DNA from: Eledone cirrhosa
Taxonomy: Eukaryota
Assembly: GCA_964016885.1 (NCBI GenBank)
Contig: OZ024741.1
Span: 269,452,001-269,516,000 of the forward strand
Reading direction: 5' to 3'
DNA length: 64,000 nt
Below are positions 15,542 through 27,400 of the stretch, piece by piece; the stretch's first letter is position 1; each line of letters starts with the position of its first letter. Both the position numbers and the translations under genes were made by a program. The notes below the pieces were generated by a model. That model saw only the letters and a list, made by a program, of their open reading frames with translations. It was not told the DNA's origin and searched no databases.

Positions 15542-16145
15542 TGTTTCTACGTTTGGCACAAGGCCAGCAAATACCCAGCTTATTACTGGTACTTTATTTT
15601 ATCGACCCCGTAAGGATGAAAGGCAAAGTTAACCTCGGCGGGATTTGAACTCTAATGGCAAGGGCCGTAACTCTATGCGTCAAAGCATGGCGTCCGACCC
15701 TCTACCGATACTGACAATCCACCGCCCTTACGTTCATAATAATGATTTCTAGTATAGGCACAAGGCGAATAATTTAGGGGAGAGGAAAGTCGATTAAATC
15801 GACCCCAGGACATTACTGGTGCTTTATTTTATCGACTCCGTAAGGATGAAAGGCAAAGTTAACCTCGACGGGATTTGAACTCAGACTGTAAAGGGCCATA
15901 ACTTTATGCTGCAAAGCGTGGTGTCTTACGATCTACCGATACTGCCAAATAATAATAATGATAATAATGGTTTCTTATATAGGCACAAGGCCAGCAATTT
16001 TGAGGGAGGGGAAAGTCCATTAAATCGACCCAAGTGCGTGACTGGTACTTTATTTTATCGACCCCGTAAGGATGAAAGGCAAAGTTAACCTCGGCGGTAT
16101 TTGACCTCAGATCATAAAGGGCCGTAACTCTATGCTGCACGGACA
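15542..16145 (-). mobile_element. Three tandem or nested SINE copies (15542-15728, ~15744-15948, ~15968-16145)
   Basis: Reverse complement of the SINE consensus three times. 15-bp TSD tacgttcataataat at 15527-15541 and 15729-15743. Confidence 0.85.
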
Positions 16146-16396
16146 TTGGACAATTGTGTGCAGAACGGTTTCCTCGCTCTGTGCGCATCTCGGGGAGGAC
16201 CGTCTGATAGCACTTCCGTGCCTGTAGAGTTTATCTCGAACCGGCAGTGCCCCCCGGTAGCACTGCCAAGTGAGGGATTTCTGGAAGTTATCCATCGTCC
16301 CTGGCTCGAAAGTTCTCCGGAACAGATTGGTCAGTTCGACTTCGTCGAAGCCCAGAGCCTCTCCGAGTGCGTCATCGCACATGCCCACCACTAATC
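16146..16396 (-). pseudogene. Tx1/L1-clade LINE ORF2 fragment (zf-RVT region)
   Basis: DNFQKSLTWQCYRGALPVRDKLYRHG..PRCAQSEETVLHTIVQCP. Paralogous to 21700-21982. Confidence 0.75.
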
Positions 16397-17375
16397 CTCT
16401 AAAAAGAGATGAAAGCGGAAGAGGTCTTATCAACGTAGCCGACTGTGTTCAGATAGAGAAGAGGAATCTGCACAAATATGTGTCTGAAAGTATGGAGCCG
16501 ATGCTCAAAGTTGTACAGAAGGAGAAGACAATAGACCAGGGGATGTCCAAGGAGGAAATAACAACAAAGAGGAAAAGCAGCCTTCATGAAAAATCCCTTC
16601 AAAGCACCTTTTTTAAGAAATGGAATTCAGAGATCTACAGACATGGAGCTGGTTAAAAAGAAGAGACCTTTAAAAAGCTACAGAAGGAATGCTAATGGCT
16701 GCACAAGAGTAAGCCCTCAGAACTAAGTGGGTGAAACACCATATTGACAAGGAGGAGGCTAGCTCACTGTGTAGGATCTGTGGGGAGAGAGAGGGGAGAC
16801 TCTGGCTCACATCTTATCCGAGTGTAAACACCTAGCTCAGACTCACTATAAAGGCTGGAGACATGATATGATAGGAAAGGTGATTCACTGGCATTTATGC
16901 AAACTAAATAATTAACCACATTCTGAGAAGTGGTATGAGATACAGATAGACAAGAAATTAGAACACAATAGACCTGGCCTGGTGGTTTTTGACTAAGAAA
17001 AAAGATCGTGCCTGATTGTAGATGTAGTCTGCCCCTTTGACATGGGAGTGCAAGAAAAGGAGGACAAAATTTATCGATACCAGGATTTAAAGTTGGATTT
17101 AAAAAGAATTTGGGACTATCATGAGATTAAAGTCGTCCTGATTGTCATAGGCGCACTAGGTACTATCTCAAAGAGTTTTCAAGGATGGTTAAAGAACATT
17201 AGTCCATCCCCCTTTTTTTTGGAACACTTCAAAAGGCATGCTTGCTGGGAACAGCAAGAACTCTCCGATACGTCCTGATCATCTGAGGTTGCAGGTAGTG
17301 ACTTGATGTTCATTTGAACAAACTTTCCAGTTAAATAGCATCAATAACTGATACTCTAATAATAATAATAATAAT
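16397..17375 (+). pseudogene. R4/Dong-like non-LTR retrotransposon 3' fragment (CCHC finger plus restriction-like endonuclease)
   Basis: GRGLINV; AAQE*ALRT; CRICG..ETLAHILSEC..RHD; HNRP..IVDVVCPFD; KIYRYQDL; IVIGALG. Ends in (TAA)n. Confidence 0.8.
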
Positions 17376-17790
17376 GATTTCTTTATTAACAACAAGAGTT
17401 GACACAAAGTATAGCATTAAGGACAGCACAAGACAGTACACATGGACGTTTCTGCGTGTAAACATATACATATAACAAAAACAAAGGATGCAACAAAAAA
17501 GAAACAAAGAAAAATTCCCCATTAGGGGGGAGAACTCCGAGGGTCACTCGTGGAGAAAGCCCATTAAAAAAACCACGGTGACCCTGACCACCAGGACAGA
17601 TGCCCTCTCCCAGTTTTCCACCTCCAATCTGCATACTCACAGCAGGTCCATTCATTCGTGCCATGCTCGCCTCTCTCACCCATCTTTCAACAAATTGCTG
17701 GGAAGAGAGCACTTTCCTCTCCCCCCTGATTTTCCTCTTCAAATGAAATTTGAAAAAGTTAATCAGGGCATCGCCAAAGAGTCATTGTGT
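17376..17790 (-). pseudogene. Tx1-like LINE extreme 3' end with 3'UTR
   Basis: KRKIRGERKVLSSQQFVERWV, homologous to the end of 21394-21708. AATAAA followed by an (ATT)n tail on the minus strand. Confidence 0.7.
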
Positions 17791-17890
17791 CGACGTTAAT
17801 CGGAATTCTTTCGTTGGATGTTGAGTAGTTGTCAGTTTATATAAGGAACTATAATACTTAATGGTTATATATATATATATATATACATAT

Positions 17891-18064
<174 letters not shown>

Positions 18065-18167
18065 TGTATATATATATATATCAAAGGTATATATTGAGTT
18101 AGAAACTCAAAATAGTCTCTTACAATTAAATAGTTCAAGGAAAAAAAAAAGATTTCCTGACCGTGTA

Positions 18168-18695
18168 ATATAATTGAATATAAAAGAGAAATAAACACAG
18201 ATATATATATGTGCGTTCAAATCGCAAGGGACCAGATTCGCTAGGGTGACAAAAATACTAACTAAGAACGATGCGGTTTGCCAGATTCAAGTTAAAAGAA
18301 TAAATTAAGAAAGAATACAAACCGACATAGTGCTAACCATCAAATTGTACATCCAGACAGCTCTTGGAAATGCTGTTTCACAATTAAGTGAAATGGAATT
18401 ACCAATTCTATTGCTCTTCAGTGGATGTCAAATTAGTAAACCCTTCATTTCTAAGTATCTCAGAAGACTGAATGAGGCGCGTGTATAAAATAACGCACAT
18501 GGCACCCAGAGCCAAGCGTGTCTCGTAAAACGTATGCTACTAAAAATAGCAGCCATATTCTTTTAAACTGAATCTGGCAAACCGCATTGTTCTTAGTTAG
18601 TATTTTCTTTTCACCCTAGAGAATCTGGTCCCTTACGATTTGAACACATATATGTATATATCTGTATTTATCTCTCTTTTATATTCAATTATATA
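18168..18695 (-). mobile_element. Non-coding fold-back element (~135-bp inverted arms) carrying a canonical HHR
   Basis: Arms 18168-18302 and 18556-18695. HHR at 18349-18428. Confidence 0.82.
18349..18428 (-). ncRNA. Hammerhead ribozyme, canonical type I with GUC site
   Basis: acatcca-CTGAAGA-gcaat...attgt-GAAA cagc atttccaaga gctG TC-tggatgt. 7-bp stem I and a full stem III. Confidence 0.9.
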
Positions 18696-18711
18696 TATAT
18701 ATATATATATA

Positions 18712-20417
18712 TAGGATAACAAATTATCGTTATAGGTAATCCAGTTAGAGGTTGTGAGTACTCCGTATTGTGGATAGTTTTAGCGTACGGCGTTGTTTGA
18801 CTCAACAAGAGGTTTCCTTAGGTAGCGAGTTTGCGAGTTCTCGGGAATTCCTATGCAGGTTAATCTTGGAGTAATAATGGTCAACAGTACAAAAGGGGTT
18901 TTATTTATAGTATTAACAATTGTTTCATTGATTAGGGTGTCTAAAAATTGCTAATCACTAGAAGTTGTGTCACTCAATTTTAAAAACAATGTATGCCTAA
19001 TCAAATCATCGGAATAACTGATTAAAATTATACACGGCGTTTGTAATATACTAGGAAAATTCCAATCACAACATCAGTAATAAAGAAAGAAGAAAGAGAA
19101 AAAAGAAAAAGAGAGAGAGAAAAATAAAAAATAAAAAATAAAAAATAAAAAATAAAAAATAAAACAAAGAATAATAAATAAGTTAGAATGAAGATGATAA
19201 AAATAAGTAAAAAAATATATATATATGTGTGTGTGTGAAAAAAAGTGATTGTCGAAAACAGTTGTGGCGGCGGTGGTGGTGGTCAAAGTATAAAGGTATG
19301 ATGGTATAAACATAAAAACATCAAACACACACACATGTATTGGTTAAATTATATTATGAAGAAATAGTACAGTGCTAAATAAAGGATAAATTAATAAATT
19401 GGAAGTTATGTGAGAGGTGAAGAGAACATGATAAGATATAATGGAAGAGGTGAAATAGTTTTAGGGAAAGAGAGTGGAAGAAAGAAAGGTTAGGAAGTTA
19501 TGATGTTGATTCAGTGATTAGTTGATCTATTGACAGTTAATAATTGTTTCTACTTTTGGCACAAGGCCAGCAATTATCCCAGTGTATTACTGGTACTTTA
19601 TTTTATCGAACCCATAAGGATGAAAGGCAAAGTTAACCTCGGCGGGATTTGAACTCAGAATGGAAAGGGCCGTAACTCTATGCGGCAAAGCATGGCCTCC
19701 TACCCTCTACCGATACTGCCAATGACAGTTAATAATTGTTTCTACTTTTTGGCACAAGGCCAGCAATTACCCAGTGCATAACTGGTACTTTATTTTATCG
19801 ACCCAGTAAGGATTGGGTTATATAATAGACTCAAAGTGGTTCAGTTTGAATAATGGGATTGTTGGATCGAATCATGTTGGTTTGAAATGAATGAATTTAG
19901 TAGCTGCTTTATGCCTACAGAAAATTGACTGTTCTATTTTGCTGTTAAGCAGCATCTTGTCGTACTTTAAAATATGGAGCAACTCCATATTGCAAAGTCT
20001 GCAGTGGGACATTCCATGTTCGTAGGCCTTTGCTCCCGACAGTTTCGACCAGCTCATCCCGTATTCTATAGAAATAGCAAATATAGGACTAAATATAGAA
20101 AAAGACAACGAGCATCTGAAATAAATGAACCGTATACTAATATAAGGACCCCTAGGAACTATAAAAAATCCAGAGATAGAAAATACTTATGGTTCAACCC
20201 AATATTTAACTCCTCTATAAAAACCAAACTACCTTCTACATTCTTTAAACTAATTGACAACTTTAAACTAATTGACAAGCACTTCTCTAAACTTCACAAA
20301 TACCATAAAATCTTTAATAGAAATACTATCAAACTATCTTACTCTACTGCAGCCAACATAGAATCACACATACATAAAATTAACTATAGAAGAATCTCTA
20401 ATGAAAATAACCTATAA
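18712..20417 (-). mobile_element. Degenerate Naiad-like PLE with 5' inversion and SINE insertions
   Basis: GIY-YIG tail on the minus strand at 19872-20108 (CRLCNMELLHI..LLNSKIE..CRH). Upstream part inverted on plus at ~20100-20417 (RKYLWFNPIFN..IFNRNTIKLSYS). HHR at 18911-19016. SINEs at 19540-19815. Confidence 0.8.
18911..19016 (-). ncRNA. Variant hammerhead (CCGAUGA core, long stem II)
   Basis: tatt-CCGATGA-t ttgattagg...cctaatcaa t-GAAAC aatt GTT-aata. Confidence 0.72.
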
Positions 20418-21149
20418 ACAAACACCATAACACCAAATACAAAACACAAACACATAACAACATCGCAACCACACACACGTCAGAACGCATCACAATAAAA
20501 CATCAACAAACCCAAATCTCAGCCCATACATAACAACATACAATTCTTATGATTTTCAAAAGAAAAATTAAGATGGAGGGTTTGTGTTTCTGTTGTGGTT
20601 TGTCTCGCATCTAGATTGTGTTCGGAAGTTCTTTCTGTTTTATACGAAAAAAGTGATTGAGATTGCTACTTCTTTAAAATGTAATATGGTTGGTTGAGGG
20701 GTGTTACATGATTAGGTACATTAAATTTCGCGCGAGACGGATAGTTTCTACATTGGAAGAAATAGTGCCAAAGACTTTCTGGAGAGTCACCTCAAGAACA
20801 TAGAGGTGAATCTCAACGACCTGTTGATAGAATGTAGTTCAAAGGTCTTCTCAATCAGTGTTGGCCTGGAGCTAAACAGCTTCTTTTTACACATATACGA
20901 ACCCTTACCATCCTCTGGGGAAAGGCCTTCTCCATTGTGTCCGCCGGTGCTGTGGGGAGGCCAGCACGTGGGACCCCATTTGCTCACCACACGGAGAGAT
21001 GGGGAGGGCGAAAGAGAGATGGAGGCGATGACAGTGGGAGTTTGGCTGTTCTTTCATCTTTACATAGATTACTATTTTCTATTGTATATAGTCTCATCTT
21101 TTAATGCTTATTAAAATAGTAATTCACTTTTGATGATAAGACTATTGTC

Positions 21150-21985
21150 AGATATATTTCTTTATTTGCCACAAGGGCGCACAAGAAAATGGAACAATAC
21201 AAAGACATATGGCAGGGATTTAACATACAGTCGTGTAAAAAAAAATTTTAACATGAAAATATAACAATCGAAATCTCCAATAGGGGGGAGGCGTTAAAAA
21301 TGAGTTGTTTTATACCCCGTAGATAGAACAACCCCCAACTCTAGGAGCATGTTGTGCAAGTGCCCCTTTCTTCCTTTAGCTCTCTTCTTCAACCTACAGG
21401 TTTATATACAAAGAAGGCCCAATCACTAGGGCCATTCTCACAACGTTCACCCACCTTTCAGTAAATTTACTGGGGTGCAGTACGTCTATCACCACTCTGA
21501 TTCTCCTTCTAAAGTGGTACCTAAAGAAGAGAAAGAGCTGTCGGCCAGAGAGAAAGGCATCTGTCCTCAGTCCTCTCAATCTCGTCCACCATATAACCTC
21601 TTTTACCATAGCCACTATACAGAGGAAAACCGCTTCTCTTTCGTTTTTGAAAGAGGCTGGCGGTTTGATCCTTACTATGGATTCGGCAGTCAACTGGATT
21701 TGTCCCACACGCGACAGCAGTTGTTCTGCGTAGTTCCACAGGTCGGTTACGCCCGGGCAGTGTACAATTGCGTGCAGGACGGTTTCAATGTCCTACTCGC
21801 ATCTTGGACGTCTTCCTTGAAGGATCCCTGCCGGGGCGTCCGTGCCTGTAGATCTTATCGCGTACTGGTAGAGCTCCTCGGTAGCACTGCCAGCCCAGGG
21901 ACCTTTGGAAGTTGTCCATAGGTCCTGGGTGGAAAGTTCTTCCGAACAGACTGGTGAGCTCGTCGTCTTCGACGTTAACCATGTG
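21150..21985 (-). pseudogene. Tx1/L1-clade LINE 3' fragment
   Basis: DNFQRSLGWQCYRGALPVRDKIYRHG; AVFLCIVAMVKEVIWWTR. Frameshifted. Confidence 0.75.
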
Positions 21986-22430
21986 ATTGGTATTTCTCCA
22001 ACAGTATTTTGTTATTATTGAAAATCTGTTATAATTAGTGGAAAATGAAATTTTGAATTCTATATTTATTTTGTTTCACGTCAACATTTAAACTGCAATA
22101 TCAGTTACTTTTTAGCATAATGAAATATAAATAAACTAAATACGAACCCTTGGTGGAGCTTCGAAGCGGTCACTGGACCAGCTAGAATTAGCAGCTAAAT
22201 CACCCTCACATTCCACAAACTGTCTAAATAGCATTGCTCCTAACATTACACGATACAACAAACAAAGTAAAAACAATACGAAAGAAACAAGCTGCACAGA
22301 CCCTACTACATGTACCAACATGTCACTGCAGAAATCCTGCCAATTGCTCTTGGGGACGATGTCCCGCCTCACAGATGATGTGGTCTATAGAGCCTCCCCC
22401 ACATCCAGAGGAATTAAACACACCTAACAG

Positions 22431-22942
22431 TGTGTAGCACCCATCCACCATCTGGGTGAGTTTCTTGGTCAATGTCCAAGTCTCAGACCCGTACAGACTC
22501 CTCTACAGCAATGAAGAGGCGGATCTTCAGGTCTACACGAAGGTCCAACTTCCACATCATCTTCCGCATTCCCAATCTTTGCTCCCAAATTCGAGAATGC
22601 TGAGAATGGCTCTGAACACCATTCAGTATACACTGAGGATGAAAAACTCAGAGCTGTATGGGAGCCTCCCAAAAGTCAGCTCAAAAGTGACACAGAGGAG
22701 ACTGAGGTTAGCTGGACATGCTCACTGACATCCAGAGTTGACATTGCACTCAGTGCTCCTGTGGGAGCCCCTACATGGACACACTGGAAGAGGAAGACCA
22801 AGGTTAAGGTATGCTGATGCCCTAAGGACAGACACTGGTCTGTTGGAGACGCAGGACATGGGAGCGATAATGAGGGACAAAGACCGCTGGAGAGAACTCG
22901 TCCATGGATCTCGGGAATTTTACCCGCCCTAGATAGATAGAT
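22431..22942 (+). mobile_element. RTE-like LINE 3' fragment with 5' inversion and (TAGA)n tail
   Basis: Sense part 22592-22932 (RMLRMALN..RRLRLAGH..LLWEP..GRGRP). 22431 onward is the antisense of the adjacent upstream segment (YGSETW) seen intact at 49122-49210. Confidence 0.85.
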
Positions 22943-22944
22943 AA

Positions 22945-23372
22945 CAGTGTGTGTGGACGAGTCTATCAGTCTATGTCTGTCTGTGTTCGTGAGTCCATAT
23001 TTCTATGTCTGTGTGTACACGTCTATATGTGTGTATGTGTGCGTGACTACATGTCTATGTGTGTGAGTGTGTATGTGTGAGTGTGTATGTGTGAGTCTGT
23101 CTTTCTGTGTGTATGTATGTCTGTATGTATGTCTGTCTATGTTTATATATCAATGCCTGTGTATGTATGTGTGTGTCTATATGTATGTGTGTGTCTATAT
23201 GTGTGTGTATGTCTGTCTGTGTGTATGTCTGTCTGTATATATGTTTGTCTATGTTTATATATCTATGTCTGTGTGTGTATGTGTATGTCTATATGTCTAT
23301 CTATGTGTGTGTGTGTGTGTGCGTATATGTCTGTGTGTGTGTGTGTGTGTGTCTATATGTGTATGTCTGTGA

Positions 23373-23432
<60 letters not shown>

Positions 23433-24205
23433 AGACGACTATGTGTGCATGACTATATGTCTATGTCTGTGTGTGTGTGTGAGTGTGTGTATTTCTGTCT
23501 TTGTGTGTTTGTCTGTGTGTATGTGTGTGTGTCTATATATCTATGTTTGTATCTATATGTGTGTGTGTCTATATGTCAATACCTGTGTGTATGTGTGTGT
23601 CTATATGTCTATGTGTGTGTGTGTGTGTGTGTCTATATATCTATGTATGTATCTGTATGTATGTATCTATATGTGTGTATCTATATGTCTATGTGTATGT
23701 ATCTGTATCTATGTATCTATATATCTATATCTATGTCTACATATCTATGTATCTGTATCTATATATCTATGTCTACATATCTATGTATCTGTATCTATAT
23801 ATCTATGTCTACATATCTATGTATCTATATCTATATACCTATATATCTATTATCTATGTCTATATATCTAGTATCTCTATCTATATATCTATATATCTAT
23901 ATCTATGTCTATATAGATATATAGATATATAGATAGAGATACTAGATATATAGACATAGATATAGATATATAGATATATAGATACAGATACATAGATATG
24001 TAGACATAGATATAGATATATAGATATATAGATATATCTATGTCTATATATCTACGTATCTGTATCTATATACCTATATATCTATTATCTATGTCTATAT
24101 ATCTAGTATCTGTATGTATATCTATATATCTATATCTATGTCTATATATCTACGTATATGTATCTATATATCTATATATCTATATCTATGTCTATATATC
24201 TATGC
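22945..24205. repeat. Degenerate (GT)/(TCTA)/(TA) compound microsatellite
   Basis: Direct reading of the sequence. Confidence 0.9.
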
Positions 24206-24210
24206 CCAGT

Positions 24211-24492
24211 GGAGGCAGGTGGCATAGTGGTAAGAGTGTTGGACTTACGATCATAATGTCGTGGGCTCGATTCCTGGGTTGCGTGTTGTGTTCTTGAGCA
24301 ACACAATTTATTTCCCGTTGCTCCAGTGTACTCAGCTGAAAATGAGTACCAGCAATAGTTGTAGGTTTAACACTGCGATGGACTGGCATCCTGTCCAGGA
24401 GGGAGTCTCGTACTCTCAAACGCTTCATGCCATGAAACCGAGAAAAGCACCGGCCAAATGAGCCTTCTGGCTTAAGACAGACATTAGACTTT
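24211..24492 (+). mobile_element. Second tRNA-derived SINE family (V/Meta-domain-like core)
   Basis: A box tggcatagtgg, B-box-like ggctcgattcc, core cttgagcaa..actcagctgaaaatgagtacc..tgcgatggactggcatcctgtccagg..gaaaccg. Domain name assigned from memory. Confidence 0.75.
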
Positions 24493-24494
24493 AG

Positions 24495-27400
24495 ATATCT
24501 ATGCCTATATCTGTATCTATGCCGTGTCTATATATCTGTATCTATATATCTATGCTGTCTCTATATATCTGTATCTATATATCTATGGTGTGTCTATATA
24601 TCTGTATCTATATATCTATACTGTGTCTATATAGCTGTATCTATATATCTATGCTGTCTCTATATATCTGTATCTATATATCTATGCTGTCTCTATATAT
24701 CTGTATCTACATATCTATACTGTCTCTATATATCTGTATCTATAGATCTATACTGTATCTATATATCTATACTGTGTCTATATATCTGTATCTATATATC
24801 TATGCTGTCTCTATATATCTGTATCTATATATCTATGCTGTGTCTCTATATATCTGTATCTATATATCTATGGTGTGTCTATATATCTGTATCTATATAT
24901 CTATGCTGTGTCTATATATCTGTATCTATATATCTATGCTGTCTCTATATATCTGTATCTATATATCTATACTGTGTCTATATATATGTCTCTATATATC
25001 TATGCTGTGTCTATATATCTGTATCTATATATCTATGCTGTGTCTATATATCTGTATCTATATATCTATGCTGTGTCTCTATATATCTGTGTCTATATAT
25101 CTATACTGTGTCTAATATAACTGTATATATATATCTATGATGTGTCTATATATCTATGCTGTGTCTATATATCTATATCTATATATCTATGCTGTGTCTA
25201 TATATCTGTATCTATATATGTATGCTGTGTCTATATATCTGTATCTATATATCTATGCTGTCTGTATATATCTGTATCTATATATCTATGCTGTGTCTAT
25301 GTATCTGTATCTATATATCTATGCTGTCTCTATGTATCTATATATCTATGCTGTGTCTATATATCTGTATCTATATATCTATACTGTTTCTAATATAACT
25401 GTATCTATATATCTATACTGTGTCTATATATCTGTATCTATATATCTATACTGTGTCTAATATAACTGTATCTATATATCTATTCTGTGTCTATATATCT
25501 ATTCTGTGTCTATATATCTATATCTATATATCTATACTGTGTCTATATATCTGTATCTATATATCTGTATCTATATATCTATGTTGTGTCTATATATCTG
25601 TATCTATATATCTATACTGTGTCTATATATCTATATCTATATATCTATACTGTGTCTATATATCTGTATCTATATATCTATACTGTCTCTCTATATCTGT
25701 ATCTATATATCTGTATCTATATATCTATGCTGTCTCTATATATCTATATCTATATATCTATGGTGTCTCTATATATCTGTATCTATATATCTATGCTGTG
25801 TCTATATATCAGTATCTATATATCTATGCTGTGTCTATATATCTGTATCTATATATCTATACTGTGTCTATATATCTGTATCTATATATCTAAACTGTCT
25901 CTATATATCTATATCTATATATCTATACTGTCTCTCTATATATGTATCTATATATCTGTATCTATATATCTATACTGTGTCTATATATCTGTATCTATAT
26001 ATCTATGTTGTGTCTATATATCTGTATCTATATATCTATACTGTGTCTATATATCTGTATCTATATATCTATACTGTGTCTATATATCTCTATCTATATA
26101 TCTATGCTGTCTCTAAATATCTGTATCTATATATCTATGCCGTGTCTATATATCTGTATCTATATATCTATGCTGTGTCTATATATCTGTATCTATATAT
26201 CTATGCTGTGTCTATGTATCTGTATCTATTTATCTATGCTGTCTCTATATATCTGTACCTATATATCTATGGTGTGTCTATGTATCTGTATCTATATATC
26301 TATACTGTGTCTATATATGTGTATCTATATATCTATACTGTGTCTATATATCTATATCTATATATCTATGCTGTGTCTATATATCTGTATCTATATATCT
26401 ATGCTGTGTCTATATATCTGTATCTATATAATAATGGTGTCTCTATATATCTGTATCTATATATCTATGTTGTGTCTATATATCTGTATCTATATATCTA
26501 TGCTGTCTCTATATATCTGTATCTATATATCTATGGTGTGTCTATGTATCTATATCTATATATCTATACTGTGTCTATATATCTATATCTATATATTTAT
26601 GCTGTGTCTATATATCTGTATCTATATATCTATGCTGTGTCTATATATCTGTATCTATATATCTATGCCGTGTCTATATATCTGTATCTATATATCTATG
26701 GTGTGTCTCTATATATCTGTATCTATATATCTATGCTGTGTCTATATATCTGTATCTATATATATATGCCGTGTCTATATATCTGTATCTATATATCTAT
26801 GCTGTGTCTATGTATCTGTATCTATATATCTGTATCTATATATCTATACTGTGTCTATATATCTGTATCTATATATCTATGCTGTGTCTATATATCTGTA
26901 TCTATATATCTATGCTGTGTCTATATATCTGTATCTATATATCTATACTGTGTCTATATATCTGTATCTATATATCTATGCTGTCTCTATATATCTGTAT
27001 CTATATATCTATGGTGTGTCTATGTATCTGTATCTATATATCTATACTGTGTCTATATATCTGTATCTATATATATATATGGTGTCTCTATATCAGTATC
27101 TATATATCTATGCTGTGTCTATATATCTGTATCTATATATCTATGCTGTCTCTATATATCTGTATCTATATATGTATGGTGTGTCTATATATCTGTATCT
27201 ATATATCTATGCTGTCTCTATATATCAGTATCTATATATCTATGGTGTGTCTATATATCTGTATCTATATACCTATGGTGTGTCTATGTATCTGTATCTA
27301 TATATCTATGCTGTGTCTATATATCTGTATCTATATATCTATGCTGTGTCTATATATCTGTATCTATATATCTATGCTGTCTCTATATATATCTGTATCT

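Noticed and set aside
20560-21114. Complex sequence with 67- and 102-aa ORFs
   Set aside because: No recognisable homology or clear exon signals. Left unannotated.
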